DNA of 64,000 nucleotides from Pseudomonadota bacterium (GTDB lineage: Bacteria > Pseudomonadota > Gammaproteobacteria > UBA1113), in NCBI GenBank assembly GCA_021782495.1, contig JAJXUV010000009.1:8184-72183 (forward strand), in the 5' to 3' direction. Made by a program: the position numbers and the translations under genes. Under the pieces are notes generated by a model. That model was not told where the DNA came from and searched no databases. It worked only from the letters and a program-made list of their open reading frames with translations. This document shows, piece by piece, positions 32,849-40,365 of the stretch. Every line of letters starts with the position of its first letter. The stretch's first letter is position 1.

Positions 32849-33475
32849 ATGTCCGCCACACCCTGTTTACACTTAAATCACTTTGAAGCACACACTGAAA
32901 CTCAAACCTTGTTCAATAATATCAATATAAGCCTCGCTGGCGGCTCACTTTTACACATTCAGGGTCCGAATGGAAGCGGTAAAAGCACCCTCCTTCGCAT
33001 GATAGCCGGTTTAAAACCGCATCAAGGAACCGTATTCTGGCAGGATAGTACGCAAAAAACGGTGAATATTGAAAGCGAACTGTTTTATTTTAGCCACCAA
33101 TTGGCCATTAAGCTGGGTTTAACGGTTCAAGAAAATATACGGCATTTGCAAAGCTTGCATGGTGGTCATTCAGAGAACCTATCATCCATTCTAGAAATTT
33201 TAGGACTTCATTCAAAAAGAAATACTTTAGCCGAAGCCTTATCCCAAGGACAACAACAAAGCCTCGCCTTAGCGCCTTTGTTGTGGGGTACGCAAAAATT
33301 GTGGTTGCTCGACGAACCCTTTGTGGCTTTAGACAGCAAGGCAAAACGATGGTTAAGCCAACTATTGAATCGCCATTTAGCCCAAAAAGGCTGGGTGATT
33401 CTCGCAAGCCACGAAAAAATAGAGTACCTTGAACACCCCATAGAACCTCTTTTTCTAGGGGCGTTAGATGCTTAA
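32849..33475 (+). CDS. ccmA: Heme export ABC ATPase CcmA
   Basis: [25 protein letters not shown]; operon context. Confidence 0.93.
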   Translation: MSATPCLHLNHFEAHTETQTLFNNINISLAGGSLLHIQGPNGSGKSTLLRMIAGLKPHQGTVFWQDSTQKTVNIESELFYFSHQLAIKLGLTVQENIRHLQSLHGGHSENLSSILEILGLHSKRNTLAEALSQGQQQSLALAPLLWGTQKLWLLDEPFVALDSKAKRWLSQLLNRHLAQKGWVILASHEKIEYLEHPIEPLFLGALDA

Positions 33476-34136
33476 ACAGTTTAAAATATTGCTAGAACAC
33501 GAACTTAAAATACACTACCGGCACGGCGCAGAATGGTTAACGCCGCTTGTTTTTTATTGGTTAGTCGTTTCCCTATTTCCTTTTGCTTTGAGCAGTACGC
33601 AAAGCATCTTGCGACAAAGCGCTGCGGGTATCATTTGGATCGCTTTATTGTTGTCTTTGTTGATGTCTTTGCCTCGTTTGTTTCAATCGGATTTAAAGGA
33701 CGGCTCTTTGGCACAATACTGTTTGCGCACGTCTTCTCTCATGCCTTATATCAGTGCTAAATTGTTAAGTTACGCTGTTCTCTATATTATCCCCTGCTTA
33801 TTGTTAACGCCTTTATTGGCCTTATTGTTTTATTTGCCTGCCCATAGTATTTTCATTCTACTCTTAACCTTGTGTTTGGGCAGTCCAATTCTATTGTTGA
33901 TAGGCAGTCTGGGCGCTGCCTTAACTTTAAAGGCGCGAGAAAGCAGCGCTTTGCTTGCTTTAGTGATCTTTCCCTTGTATATTCCCGTTTTAATTTTAGC
34001 CTTGAATTGCGTGAATTTGGCCGAACAAAATTTGCCGATCGGCGCTTTGCTCGCTTATTTAGCCGCTTATTGTTGTGTGGCGATCGCTTTGATCCCTCTG
34101 GCTTTAAAAAGCATTTTAAAAATTGGAGTTACTTGA
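33468..34136 (+). CDS. ccmB: CcmB
   Basis: LFPFAL, GIIWIALL, DGSL, PLYIPVLI. Confidence 0.93.
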   Translation: MLKQFKILLEHELKIHYRHGAEWLTPLVFYWLVVSLFPFALSSTQSILRQSAAGIIWIALLLSLLMSLPRLFQSDLKDGSLAQYCLRTSSLMPYISAKLLSYAVLYIIPCLLLTPLLALLFYLPAHSIFILLLTLCLGSPILLLIGSLGAALTLKARESSALLALVIFPLYIPVLILALNCVNLAEQNLPIGALLAYLAAYCCVAIALIPLALKSILKIGVT

Positions 34137-34874
34137 ATGCAGCGGTTGACACGCTATTTTTTAGTTCCGCAACAATGCTATCGTTTTATAACCGATTGGT
34201 CGCCTTGGTTGACTGGCGCTTTTCTTTTGACGTTGGGCTATGGTTTGATCGCGGGTTTATGCTTTGCTCCGGCCGATTACCAACAAGGAGATGGCTTTAG
34301 GATTATCTACGTTCATGTTCCCAGTGCTTTATTGGCGATGGGGATTTATACGATCATGACCACCACCGCTTTGATCAGTTTGGTGTTTCGGATCAAACTG
34401 GCCACTTTGGTCATGCAGATCAGTGCCCCTATTGGTGCGAGTTTTACTTTTTTAGCCTTAATCACCGGTTCTTTGTGGGGAAAACCGATGTGGGGAACTT
34501 GGTGGATTTGGGATGCACGCCTGACTTCCGTTTTGATTTTATTTTTTTTGTATCTCGCTTTTATCGCGGTTCGTGCTGCTATCAGCGATCCCTGGGCGCG
34601 CGATCGCATTGCGGCTTGGATGGCAATCATCGGCTTTATCAACATTCCGATCATTCATTATTCGGTTTTATGGTGGAACACCTTGCATCAAGGCGCAACA
34701 CTCACCGTTTTCAATCCTTCCATTGCACCAAGCATGTTGTATCCTTTACTATCCATGATAATCGCCTTTGCTTTGTTTTATTTAATACTACTGTGTCAAC
34801 GTTTGTGCGCCGACATTCTATATCAAGAACGCAAAGCGGCTTGGGTCCAGGAGATACTGCATGAACTTACATGA
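34137..34874 (+). CDS. ccmC: CcmC
   Basis: IYVHVP, WGKPMWGTWWIWDARLT, WWNTLHQ. Confidence 0.96.
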   Translation: MQRLTRYFLVPQQCYRFITDWSPWLTGAFLLTLGYGLIAGLCFAPADYQQGDGFRIIYVHVPSALLAMGIYTIMTTTALISLVFRIKLATLVMQISAPIGASFTFLALITGSLWGKPMWGTWWIWDARLTSVLILFFLYLAFIAVRAAISDPWARDRIAAWMAIIGFINIPIIHYSVLWWNTLHQGATLTVFNPSIAPSMLYPLLSMIIAFALFYLILLCQRLCADILYQERKAAWVQEILHELT

Positions 34875-35028
34875 ATTTTACACAATGGGTGGCTACGCTG
34901 CGTATGTATGGCCCGCCTTTGCCGTGGTTTTGGGGATTTTCGGTGGGCAATGGATTTTAGCCAAAAGGCATCGACGAAAGATAATTTTGAAGATTAAAGA
35001 AGTGTCTTGTGATAAAATAATTAAATAA
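34861..35028 (+). CDS. ccmD: CcmD (55 aa, below the ORF-track cutoff)
   Basis: MNLHEFYTMGGYAAYVWPAF...; MGGY..YVW motif, single TM and basic tail, between ccmC and ccmE. Confidence 0.88.
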   Translation: MNLHEFYTMGGYAAYVWPAFAVVLGIFGGQWILAKRHRRKIILKIKEVSCDKIIK

Positions 35029-35058
35029 TGATAGGGGCAACGAGACACAACCACAGTT

Positions 35059-35274
35059 TGTCATCCTCGCCAACCTTATCGCCGTGGCCCACTATTGCAA
35101 AAGCATAAATTTATCAGCGATAAGGTTAAGCGGGGATCCACGAAAACTCTACGCTTCGACAAACTTTCAAAGTTGGATTGTTGTATTTTGTTTTTTTCTA
35201 GATCTCCTGGCTCCCCCGCGAAGCCTGTACTCGGCACTCCAGGTAGTCGCTGCGCGACCTTGCCGAGGATGACA
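35059..35274. repeat. Composite palindromic element related to family B, between ccmD and ccmE
   Basis: Ends tgtcatcctcg...cgaggatgaca; internal aaccttatcgc/gcgataaggtt and gcggggatcc arms. Confidence 0.65.
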
Positions 35275-35369
35275 GATTTTTAGAATGGTATATACAGCGC
35301 TTTGTAAGATGCATTGTAAATAGTGGATAACATACCACGGCTTAATAGGATTAAATTTTAACCACCAAT

Positions 35370-35810
35370 ATGAACATGAAACAAAAGAAAAAATTAGGTT
35401 TTATCTGCTTTCTGATTGTTCTATTAGGGCTCGCGGCTGCCTTTGTATTGTATGCTTTGAAAAAAAATATCAACTTGTATTATACACCGACGCAAGCTGT
35501 GGCAGAAAAATTAGCGGCAACGCAAAAACTGCGTTTAGGTGGTTTTGTGGCAGAAAATAGTTTAGATATCGATTCCCAAACATTACAGGTGAATTTCGTG
35601 ATTACCGATTATAAAACGCAAATACCGGTACACTATCAAGGTGAATTGCCGAATTTATTTCGAGAAAAACAAGGTGTGGTAGTGACGGGCCACTTGAATG
35701 CAAATGGTAGTTTTGAAGCGACCGAAATTCTGGCCAAACACGATGAGAAATATATGCCAAAACCGGTGAGAGAATTATTGGCAGAGCAAGGGGTTCTTAA
35801 TGCTCGCTGA
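35370..35810 (+). CDS. ccmE: Heme chaperone CcmE
   Basis: YYTPT, LPNLFRE, LAKHDEKY. Confidence 0.96.
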   Translation: MNMKQKKKLGFICFLIVLLGLAAAFVLYALKKNINLYYTPTQAVAEKLAATQKLRLGGFVAENSLDIDSQTLQVNFVITDYKTQIPVHYQGELPNLFREKQGVVVTGHLNANGSFEATEILAKHDEKYMPKPVRELLAEQGVLNAR

Positions 35811-37833
35811 GTGGGGGACTTTGTTTTTAGCTTTGGCTCTTGTCTTATGTCTAAGCATTTTGCTTTTACCTTTAAAATACAGCCATCCCAACGTGCATTT
35901 ATTTCTACAACGCGCCACGATAGCCTACAGCCTCTGTATCTTTCTGGCCTTAGGCTGTTTAATGCTCGCTTTTTTAAAGTATGATTTCACACTCTGGTCT
36001 GTGTACAGCAATGCCAATGCCGATTTACCGTGGTGGTATCGATTGGGTGCCACCTGGGGACATCATGAAGGTTCTTTATTGTTGTGGTGTGCTTTGCTAT
36101 CGCTGTGGTGTGCAGGCGTTGCTTTATTTCCTCGCGGATTATCCCAGAAAACCCATCGCTTGGTGTTAAGTTGTTTGGCCTTATTGGAAAGTGGTTTTTT
36201 GGTATTTTTATTATTAACCTCTTCGCCTTTCGCACGTTTTTTCCCGACAGACGTCGTCCCCGCTCAAACTTTAACGCCTATTTTGCAAGACCCCGGTTTA
36301 ATGTTTCACCCCCCGATGTTGTATTTGGGTTATGTGGGTTTTGCCGTCGGTTTTGCCTATGCGGTTTCCGCTTTAATAGAAGGCAAATTAGATTCGAGTT
36401 GGTGTCGTAGTTTACGCGTGTGGGTAGGTTTGTCCTGGGCTTTTTTAACTTTGGGGATTGTCTTAGGCAGTTGGTGGGCTTATCGAGAATTGGGTTGGGG
36501 AGGCTGGTGGTTTTGGGATCCCGTTGAAAATGCTTCTTTGATGCCTTGGTTGTGTGCGACGGCTTTAATGCACAGTTTGATCGTCAGTGAAAAACAACAG
36601 GCTTTCAAAGCTTGGGTGGTGACGCTTGCTTTATTGTGTTTTGCCTTAAGTTTATTGGGCACTTTTTTAGTACGTTCAGGTGTTTTAGTGTCCGTACACG
36701 CTTTTGCCAGCGATCCGTCGCGTGGTGTATTTTTACTGTTGTTCTTAAGTGCTTTATGGGTCAGCAGTATGATCTTGTTCGCCTTGCGTGCGCATCATTT
36801 AAAAAGTAAACACACTTTTGAATTATTGTCTAGAGAAACTTTTTTATTGTTAAACAGTGTGGTGATTTTAAGTTTGCTTGCCACCGTTGTGTTAGGCACT
36901 GTTTATCCCATTATTTTAGACAGTTTGCATTCAGATAAAATCAGCGTCGGTATGCCCTACTACAATGCCGTCTTTGTTCCCATCGCGCTACCTTTATTGC
37001 TGCTCATGGCCATTGCGCCGCTGCTTCGTTGGAAAATGCAAAGCCTTTCCGGTCTAATTTCTAAAATAGGATGGCCTTTCTGTTGTGCAGTAATAATGAC
37101 GCTTATCGTTGCTTTTTACGATTCACAGAGTCGTGCACTTTGGGCGATCGCGAGTTTATTCGTCGCTTTTTTTATTATCTTCGCCACACTTTTGGATTTG
37201 TATCAACATCTACGAAAACACGCTTTGTCTTTAAGACGCTTTGCGATGATCCTCGCGCATCTGGGCATTGCGATTTTGGTTTTGGGCATTAGCATCAATA
37301 AGAGTCACAGTCGAGAACGCCAAGTCAAAATGCAAGTAGGACAAAGTGTGATCTTAGCAAATTATCGCTTTACTTTAGAACGTCTATCTCCCATTGTGAC
37401 AAAAACTTATCACGGAACTGAGGCACTATTCCGAGTAGATAAAGTTATGTGCGTGGAAAGCGCTCGAGCCGAGGTAAGGCATTTGGGACCGGACGCCGCA
37501 TGGATGCGGCGTCCGAGCATACAGGGATGTATTCACAGCGTGTCCCAAGGATCTTACCTCGGCTCGAGCGCTGGAACTCCCATCTTTCAAAGACTTGGAG
37601 AAATCCGTAGTATCAACGAAAATTTCGACATCACTCAGTCTCAAATCACTAAAACGGGAATTCAGATGACCGTGTGGCGCGATTTGTACATTGCTTTGGG
37701 ACAAAAACTAGATAAAAATACGTGGATTGTGCGTGTGTATTATAAACCTTTTGTCCGCTGGATTTGGGCTGGGGGAATATTGGTGTTTATCGGGATATTA
37801 TTAACGTTCACCACACGGAGAAAGTCGCCATGA
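35800..37833 (+). CDS. ccmF: Heme lyase CcmF with an in-frame palindromic insertion
   Basis: WGHHEGSLL, HPPMLYLGY, WAYRELGWGGWWFWDPVENAS, SVHAFA, KPFVRWIW. Confidence 0.96.
   Translation: MLAEWGTLFLALALVLCLSILLLPLKYSHPNVHLFLQRATIAYSLCIFLALGCLMLAFLKYDFTLWSVYSNANADLPWWYRLGATWGHHEGSLLLWCALLSLWCAGVALFPRGLSQKTHRLVLSCLALLESGFLVFLLLTSSPFARFFPTDVVPAQTLTPILQDPGLMFHPPMLYLGYVGFAVGFAYAVSALIEGKLDSSWCRSLRVWVGLSWAFLTLGIVLGSWWAYRELGWGGWWFWDPVENASLMPWLCATALMHSLIVSEKQQAFKAWVVTLALLCFALSLLGTFLVRSGVLVSVHAFASDPSRGVFLLLFLSALWVSSMILFALRAHHLKSKHTFELLSRETFLLLNSVVILSLLATVVLGTVYPIILDSLHSDKISVGMPYYNAVFVPIALPLLLLMAIAPLLRWKMQSLSGLISKIGWPFCCAVIMTLIVAFYDSQSRALWAIASLFVAFFIIFATLLDLYQHLRKHALSLRRFAMILAHLGIAILVLGISINKSHSRERQVKMQVGQSVILANYRFTLERLSPIVTKTYHGTEALFRVDKVMCVESARAEVRHLGPDAAWMRRPSIQGCIHSVSQGSYLGSSAGTPIFQRLGEIRSINENFDITQSQITKTGIQMTVWRDLYIALGQKLDKNTWIVRVYYKPFVRWIWAGGILVFIGILLTFTTRRKSP
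37459..37572. repeat. 114-bp palindromic element (family D) inside ccmF
   Basis: Perfect 20-bp IR agcgctcgagccgaggtaag/cttacctcggctcgagcgct; two internal GGA-loop hairpins; homolog at 40245-40354. Confidence 0.88.
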
Positions 37834-38369
37834 AAACGATGTTACGCTTGTCTCCGATTTTGCTTATTTTCGGATTGATTGCCGCCTTGTGGCGCGGACT
37901 GTATTCAAATCCCAAAGAAATTCCTTCGCCTTTGCTAAACAAACTGACGCCTTCTTTTGAATTGCCAAATTTATTCAATCCTCAAGAAAATCTAAACAAC
38001 CAACTATTCAAAGACAAAGTCACGATTCTCAATGTCTGGGCCAGTTGGTGTGCGGCTTGCGTGGAAGAACAAATGTTTATTCGCACTATTGCACCTTCGA
38101 CTTCGGCACAGTGGATAGGGTTTAATTACAAGGACGATAGACAAAACGCAATGGCTTGGTTAAACCGTTATGGCAATCCTTATTCGGCGATTGCAGCAGA
38201 TACCCAAGGCGTTGTTGCTCTCGACTGGGGCATTTATGGTACGCCTGAAACCTTTGTCATCGATCGAAAAGATCGGATTCGTTATAAACACATAGGACCG
38301 ATCACTTTTGCAGATTGGCAAAAGGATTTTGTGCCTTTGTTGGCGAAATTAAATGGGGAAGTAGACTGA
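37830..38369 (+). CDS. ccmG: Thiol:disulfide oxidoreductase CcmG/DsbE
   Basis: NVWASWCAAC, GIYGTPETF; ATGA overlap with ccmF. Confidence 0.95.
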   Translation: MKTMLRLSPILLIFGLIAALWRGLYSNPKEIPSPLLNKLTPSFELPNLFNPQENLNNQLFKDKVTILNVWASWCAACVEEQMFIRTIAPSTSAQWIGFNYKDDRQNAMAWLNRYGNPYSAIAADTQGVVALDWGIYGTPETFVIDRKDRIRYKHIGPITFADWQKDFVPLLAKLNGEVD

Positions 38370-38887
38370 TGAATATCTTTACAGATGCGCACTACCAAGC
38401 AATGAATGTATTCTGTCCTCCCTGCGAAAACAGGGGTCCCGTTTCAAATAGACACTGGATCTCTGCTTTCGCAGGGAGGACAAAAAAAATATTGCTTATT
38501 TTCCTATTTCTTTTTATCTCACCACTGAGCTTCGCTGCTACTCAAACCAATCCCGACGTCTACGCTTTTTCTACGACCACCGACACAGCGCGTTTTAATA
38601 CACTCCTCACACAATTTAGATGTCTAGTCTGTCAAAATGAAAACTTGGCCGATTCAAATGCTGCAATCGCCGCCGATCTGCGGCAACAAATTTACCAGCG
38701 CGTTTTACAAGGACAAAGCGATGAATCGATTCAAAAATACTTAGTCACGCGTTACGGCGATTATGTTTTATTTGCGCCGCCTTTTAAAATGAATACGACC
38801 GCTCTATGGATTTTGCCTTTTTTATTATTAACCGGTGGTCTGCTGAGTTTAGGGATTGTGATTCAACGCAGGAGGAAAAACACATGA
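38369..38887 (+). CDS. ccmH: CcmH with an N-terminal palindromic insertion
   Basis: RCLVCQNE, RYGDYV; TGATG overlap with ccmG. Confidence 0.92.
   Translation: MNIFTDAHYQAMNVFCPPCENRGPVSNRHWISAFAGRTKKILLIFLFLFISPLSFAATQTNPDVYAFSTTTDTARFNTLLTQFRCLVCQNENLADSNAAIAADLRQQIYQRVLQGQSDESIQKYLVTRYGDYVLFAPPFKMNTTALWILPFLLLTGGLLSLGIVIQRRRKNT
38414..38482. repeat. Family B palindrome within the ccmH 5' end
   Basis: tgtcctccctgcgaaa...tttcgcagggaggaca; loop gtttcaaatag shared with 13160-13235. Confidence 0.88.
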
Positions 38888-39285
38888 CTTTATTAGGGTG
38901 TTTTGCCTTATTTGTGCTGTTGCTCAGCGTGTGGGTCAGCGCTCCACTATTTTGCACCCCCTCTTCTATACACTATGGCCCTTGGTGCTTCACTCTATTG
39001 CCCTTGATTTCAGTGACCCTTCTTTTATATGCTGTATTTGGCCATCAACAAGCCTGGCAAGATTGGCAAGAACACGGCCGAGCGCATTATAAATTAATGA
39101 ATCAAGTACAAAAATTAGGCGGTTTACAAGGCTTAATTCAAGGTGTCAAAGCACGTTTGGCACAAAACCCGGACGACATCCACGGTTGGCAATTGCTGGC
39201 TAAATTGTATGCGGCCAATCACCAAATGCAAGAAGCCCAAGCAGCAGAATGGGAGATAAAACGACGTGAAACAAACAGGCTTTAG
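38884..39285 (+). CDS. Short CcmI/CycH-like protein
   Basis: TM segment, LYAVFG, then ARLAQNPDDIHGWQLLAKLY TPR-like motif; ATGA overlap with ccmH. Confidence 0.75.
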   Translation: MTLLGCFALFVLLLSVWVSAPLFCTPSSIHYGPWCFTLLPLISVTLLLYAVFGHQQAWQDWQEHGRAHYKLMNQVQKLGGLQGLIQGVKARLAQNPDDIHGWQLLAKLYAANHQMQEAQAAEWEIKRRETNRL

Positions 39286-39664
39286 TTTAATCGAATTGAT
39301 CATAGCCATGGCTATCATCGGAATATTGGCGGTGATTGCTTATCCCAGTTATAAAACTCATCTAGAACAGGCCAGACGCAGCGATGGGCAAACGGCACTT
39401 TTAGATTTGGCAAATCGCTTGGATCACTATTTCAGCGAAAATAACCAGTATGCGGGGGCGACTTTGGCAGAACTGGGTGTTAGTCCCCGTTCCACCGAAG
39501 GCTATTACGCACTGGCCATTGCCAGCCTAGAAGACAATGCTTTTCGTATACAAGCCATTCCCATCGGCGCTCAACAAGAAGATGCTTGCGGAACTCTGAG
39601 TTTAAATCAATTGGGCGAACGGGGGTTTAGCGGAAAAAATACGGAATTAAAACATTGCTGGTAA
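39266..39664 (+). CDS. pilE: Type IV minor pilin PilE-like
   Basis: GFSLIELII prepilin motif, AYPSY, RRSD, C-terminal Cys pair ending CW. Confidence 0.88.
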   Translation: MKQTGFSLIELIIAMAIIGILAVIAYPSYKTHLEQARRSDGQTALLDLANRLDHYFSENNQYAGATLAELGVSPRSTEGYYALAIASLEDNAFRIQAIPIGAQQEDACGTLSLNQLGERGFSGKNTELKHCW

Positions 39665-39690
39665 ATGTCATTCTTAGAAAAGCGCCTTTT

Positions 39691-39756
39691 TGTCATTCCT
39701 GCGAAAACAGGAATCCAGTGCATTTATGCAGGATCCCTGTTTTCGCAGGGATGACA
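39691..39756. repeat. Family B palindrome
   Basis: tgtcattcctgcgaaaacaggaatcc...ggatccctgttttcgcagggatgaca. Confidence 0.88.
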
Positions 39757-39770
39757 ACAACACCCTAAAG

Positions 39771-39796
39771 AAAAAGGGTGGCTTGCGCCACCCTTT
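39771..39796 (-). terminator. Rho-independent terminator of the Csr/Rsm sRNA
   Basis: Minus strand AAAGGGUGGC-GCAA-GCCACCC-UUUUU. Confidence 0.85.
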
Positions 39797-40001
39797 GATC
39801 CCCGTCTCTCATCCCTTAGAGACGGTTATTTTGCTCCATCCTAGAGTCATTGCACTCATCCTTTAGTGCTAGTGCATCCGTGCACATCTCATCCTAACGT
39901 CCCATCCTTCGAAAAAACATCCCTTCTTAGCGGCATCTTATCCCTACCTGCCGTTCTACTCCCTTAGCATGCATCCTTGCGTCACATGTCCATACGTGTA
40001 C
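39771..40001 (-). ncRNA. CsrB/RsmY/RsmZ-type CsrA-sequestering small RNA (~230 nt)
   Basis: 14 GGA motifs, mostly A(N)GGAUG in small hairpin loops; sigma70 promoter upstream and terminator downstream; no ORF; 5' end is estimated. Confidence 0.85.
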
Positions 40002-40007
40002 TTCTAT

Positions 40008-40036
40008 AGAGTAGAGCAAATACAATTACCCTGCAA
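40008..40036 (-). promoter_or_regulatory. Sigma70-type promoter of the sRNA
   Basis: Minus strand TTGCAG-17 nt-TACTCT. Confidence 0.75.
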
Positions 40037-40086
40037 CTTTTAAAGGGTAATTGTTCCGGAAAAAATTTAGACACAAGGTGCTGAAA

Positions 40087-40099
40087 TATCAAGAGATTA
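40087..40099. promoter_or_regulatory. IHF site
   Basis: TATCAAGAGATTA fits WATCAAN4TTR. Confidence 0.6.
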
Positions 40100-40150
40100 T
40101 ACAAAAAAATACAAATTTGATTATTCTTTAAGCAACTTTTGACCGTTCTT

Positions 40151-40164
40151 TAAGAAATTTCGTA
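40151..40164. promoter_or_regulatory. LetA/GacA-type box
   Basis: TAAGAAATTTCGTA versus the Legionella consensus TNAGAAATTTCTNA (1 mismatch). Confidence 0.7.
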
Positions 40165-40190
40165 CAAGAAAAAACCCCTTCTTCCAAAAC

Positions 40191-40225
40191 TTATCCACAG
40201 ATTCTGTGGATAACCATGTGGATGA
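40191..40225. promoter_or_regulatory. DnaA-box triplet (DARS-like core)
   Basis: TTATCCACA-N5-TGTGGATAA-N3-TGTGGATGA. Confidence 0.7.
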
Positions 40226-40244
40226 GTTAGGGTAATCTCTGCCA

Positions 40245-40354
40245 CTCTCGAGCTGAAGGAAGCTCTCTTGGGATCGTAGGCCCGCCATGGATAACGGTAG
40301 TGTGGTATAGGGATGCACAGAGCGTGTCCCAAGAGAATTTTCTCAGCTCGAGAG
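40245..40354. repeat. Family D palindrome (intergenic copy)
   Basis: ctctcgagctga/tcagctcgagag ends; ttggga, catggat, agggatg and agcgtgtcccaag shared with 37459-37572. Confidence 0.8.
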
Positions 40355-40365
40355 CCTGTTGACAA

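Noticed and set aside
35084-35283. Two 62-aa ORFs between ccmD and ccmE
   Set aside because: Both lie over the composite palindromic element; the true ccmD is at 34861-35028.
39780-40000. Regularly spaced CATCC motifs as a CRISPR-like array
   Set aside because: The repeated motif is only 5-7 nt with short irregular spacing and no cas genes; GGA loops of a Csr sRNA explain it.
40191-40225. DnaA boxes as oriC
   Set aside because: Only three boxes, with no dnaA, gidA or similar neighbours and no clear unwinding element; not formally excluded without GC skew.
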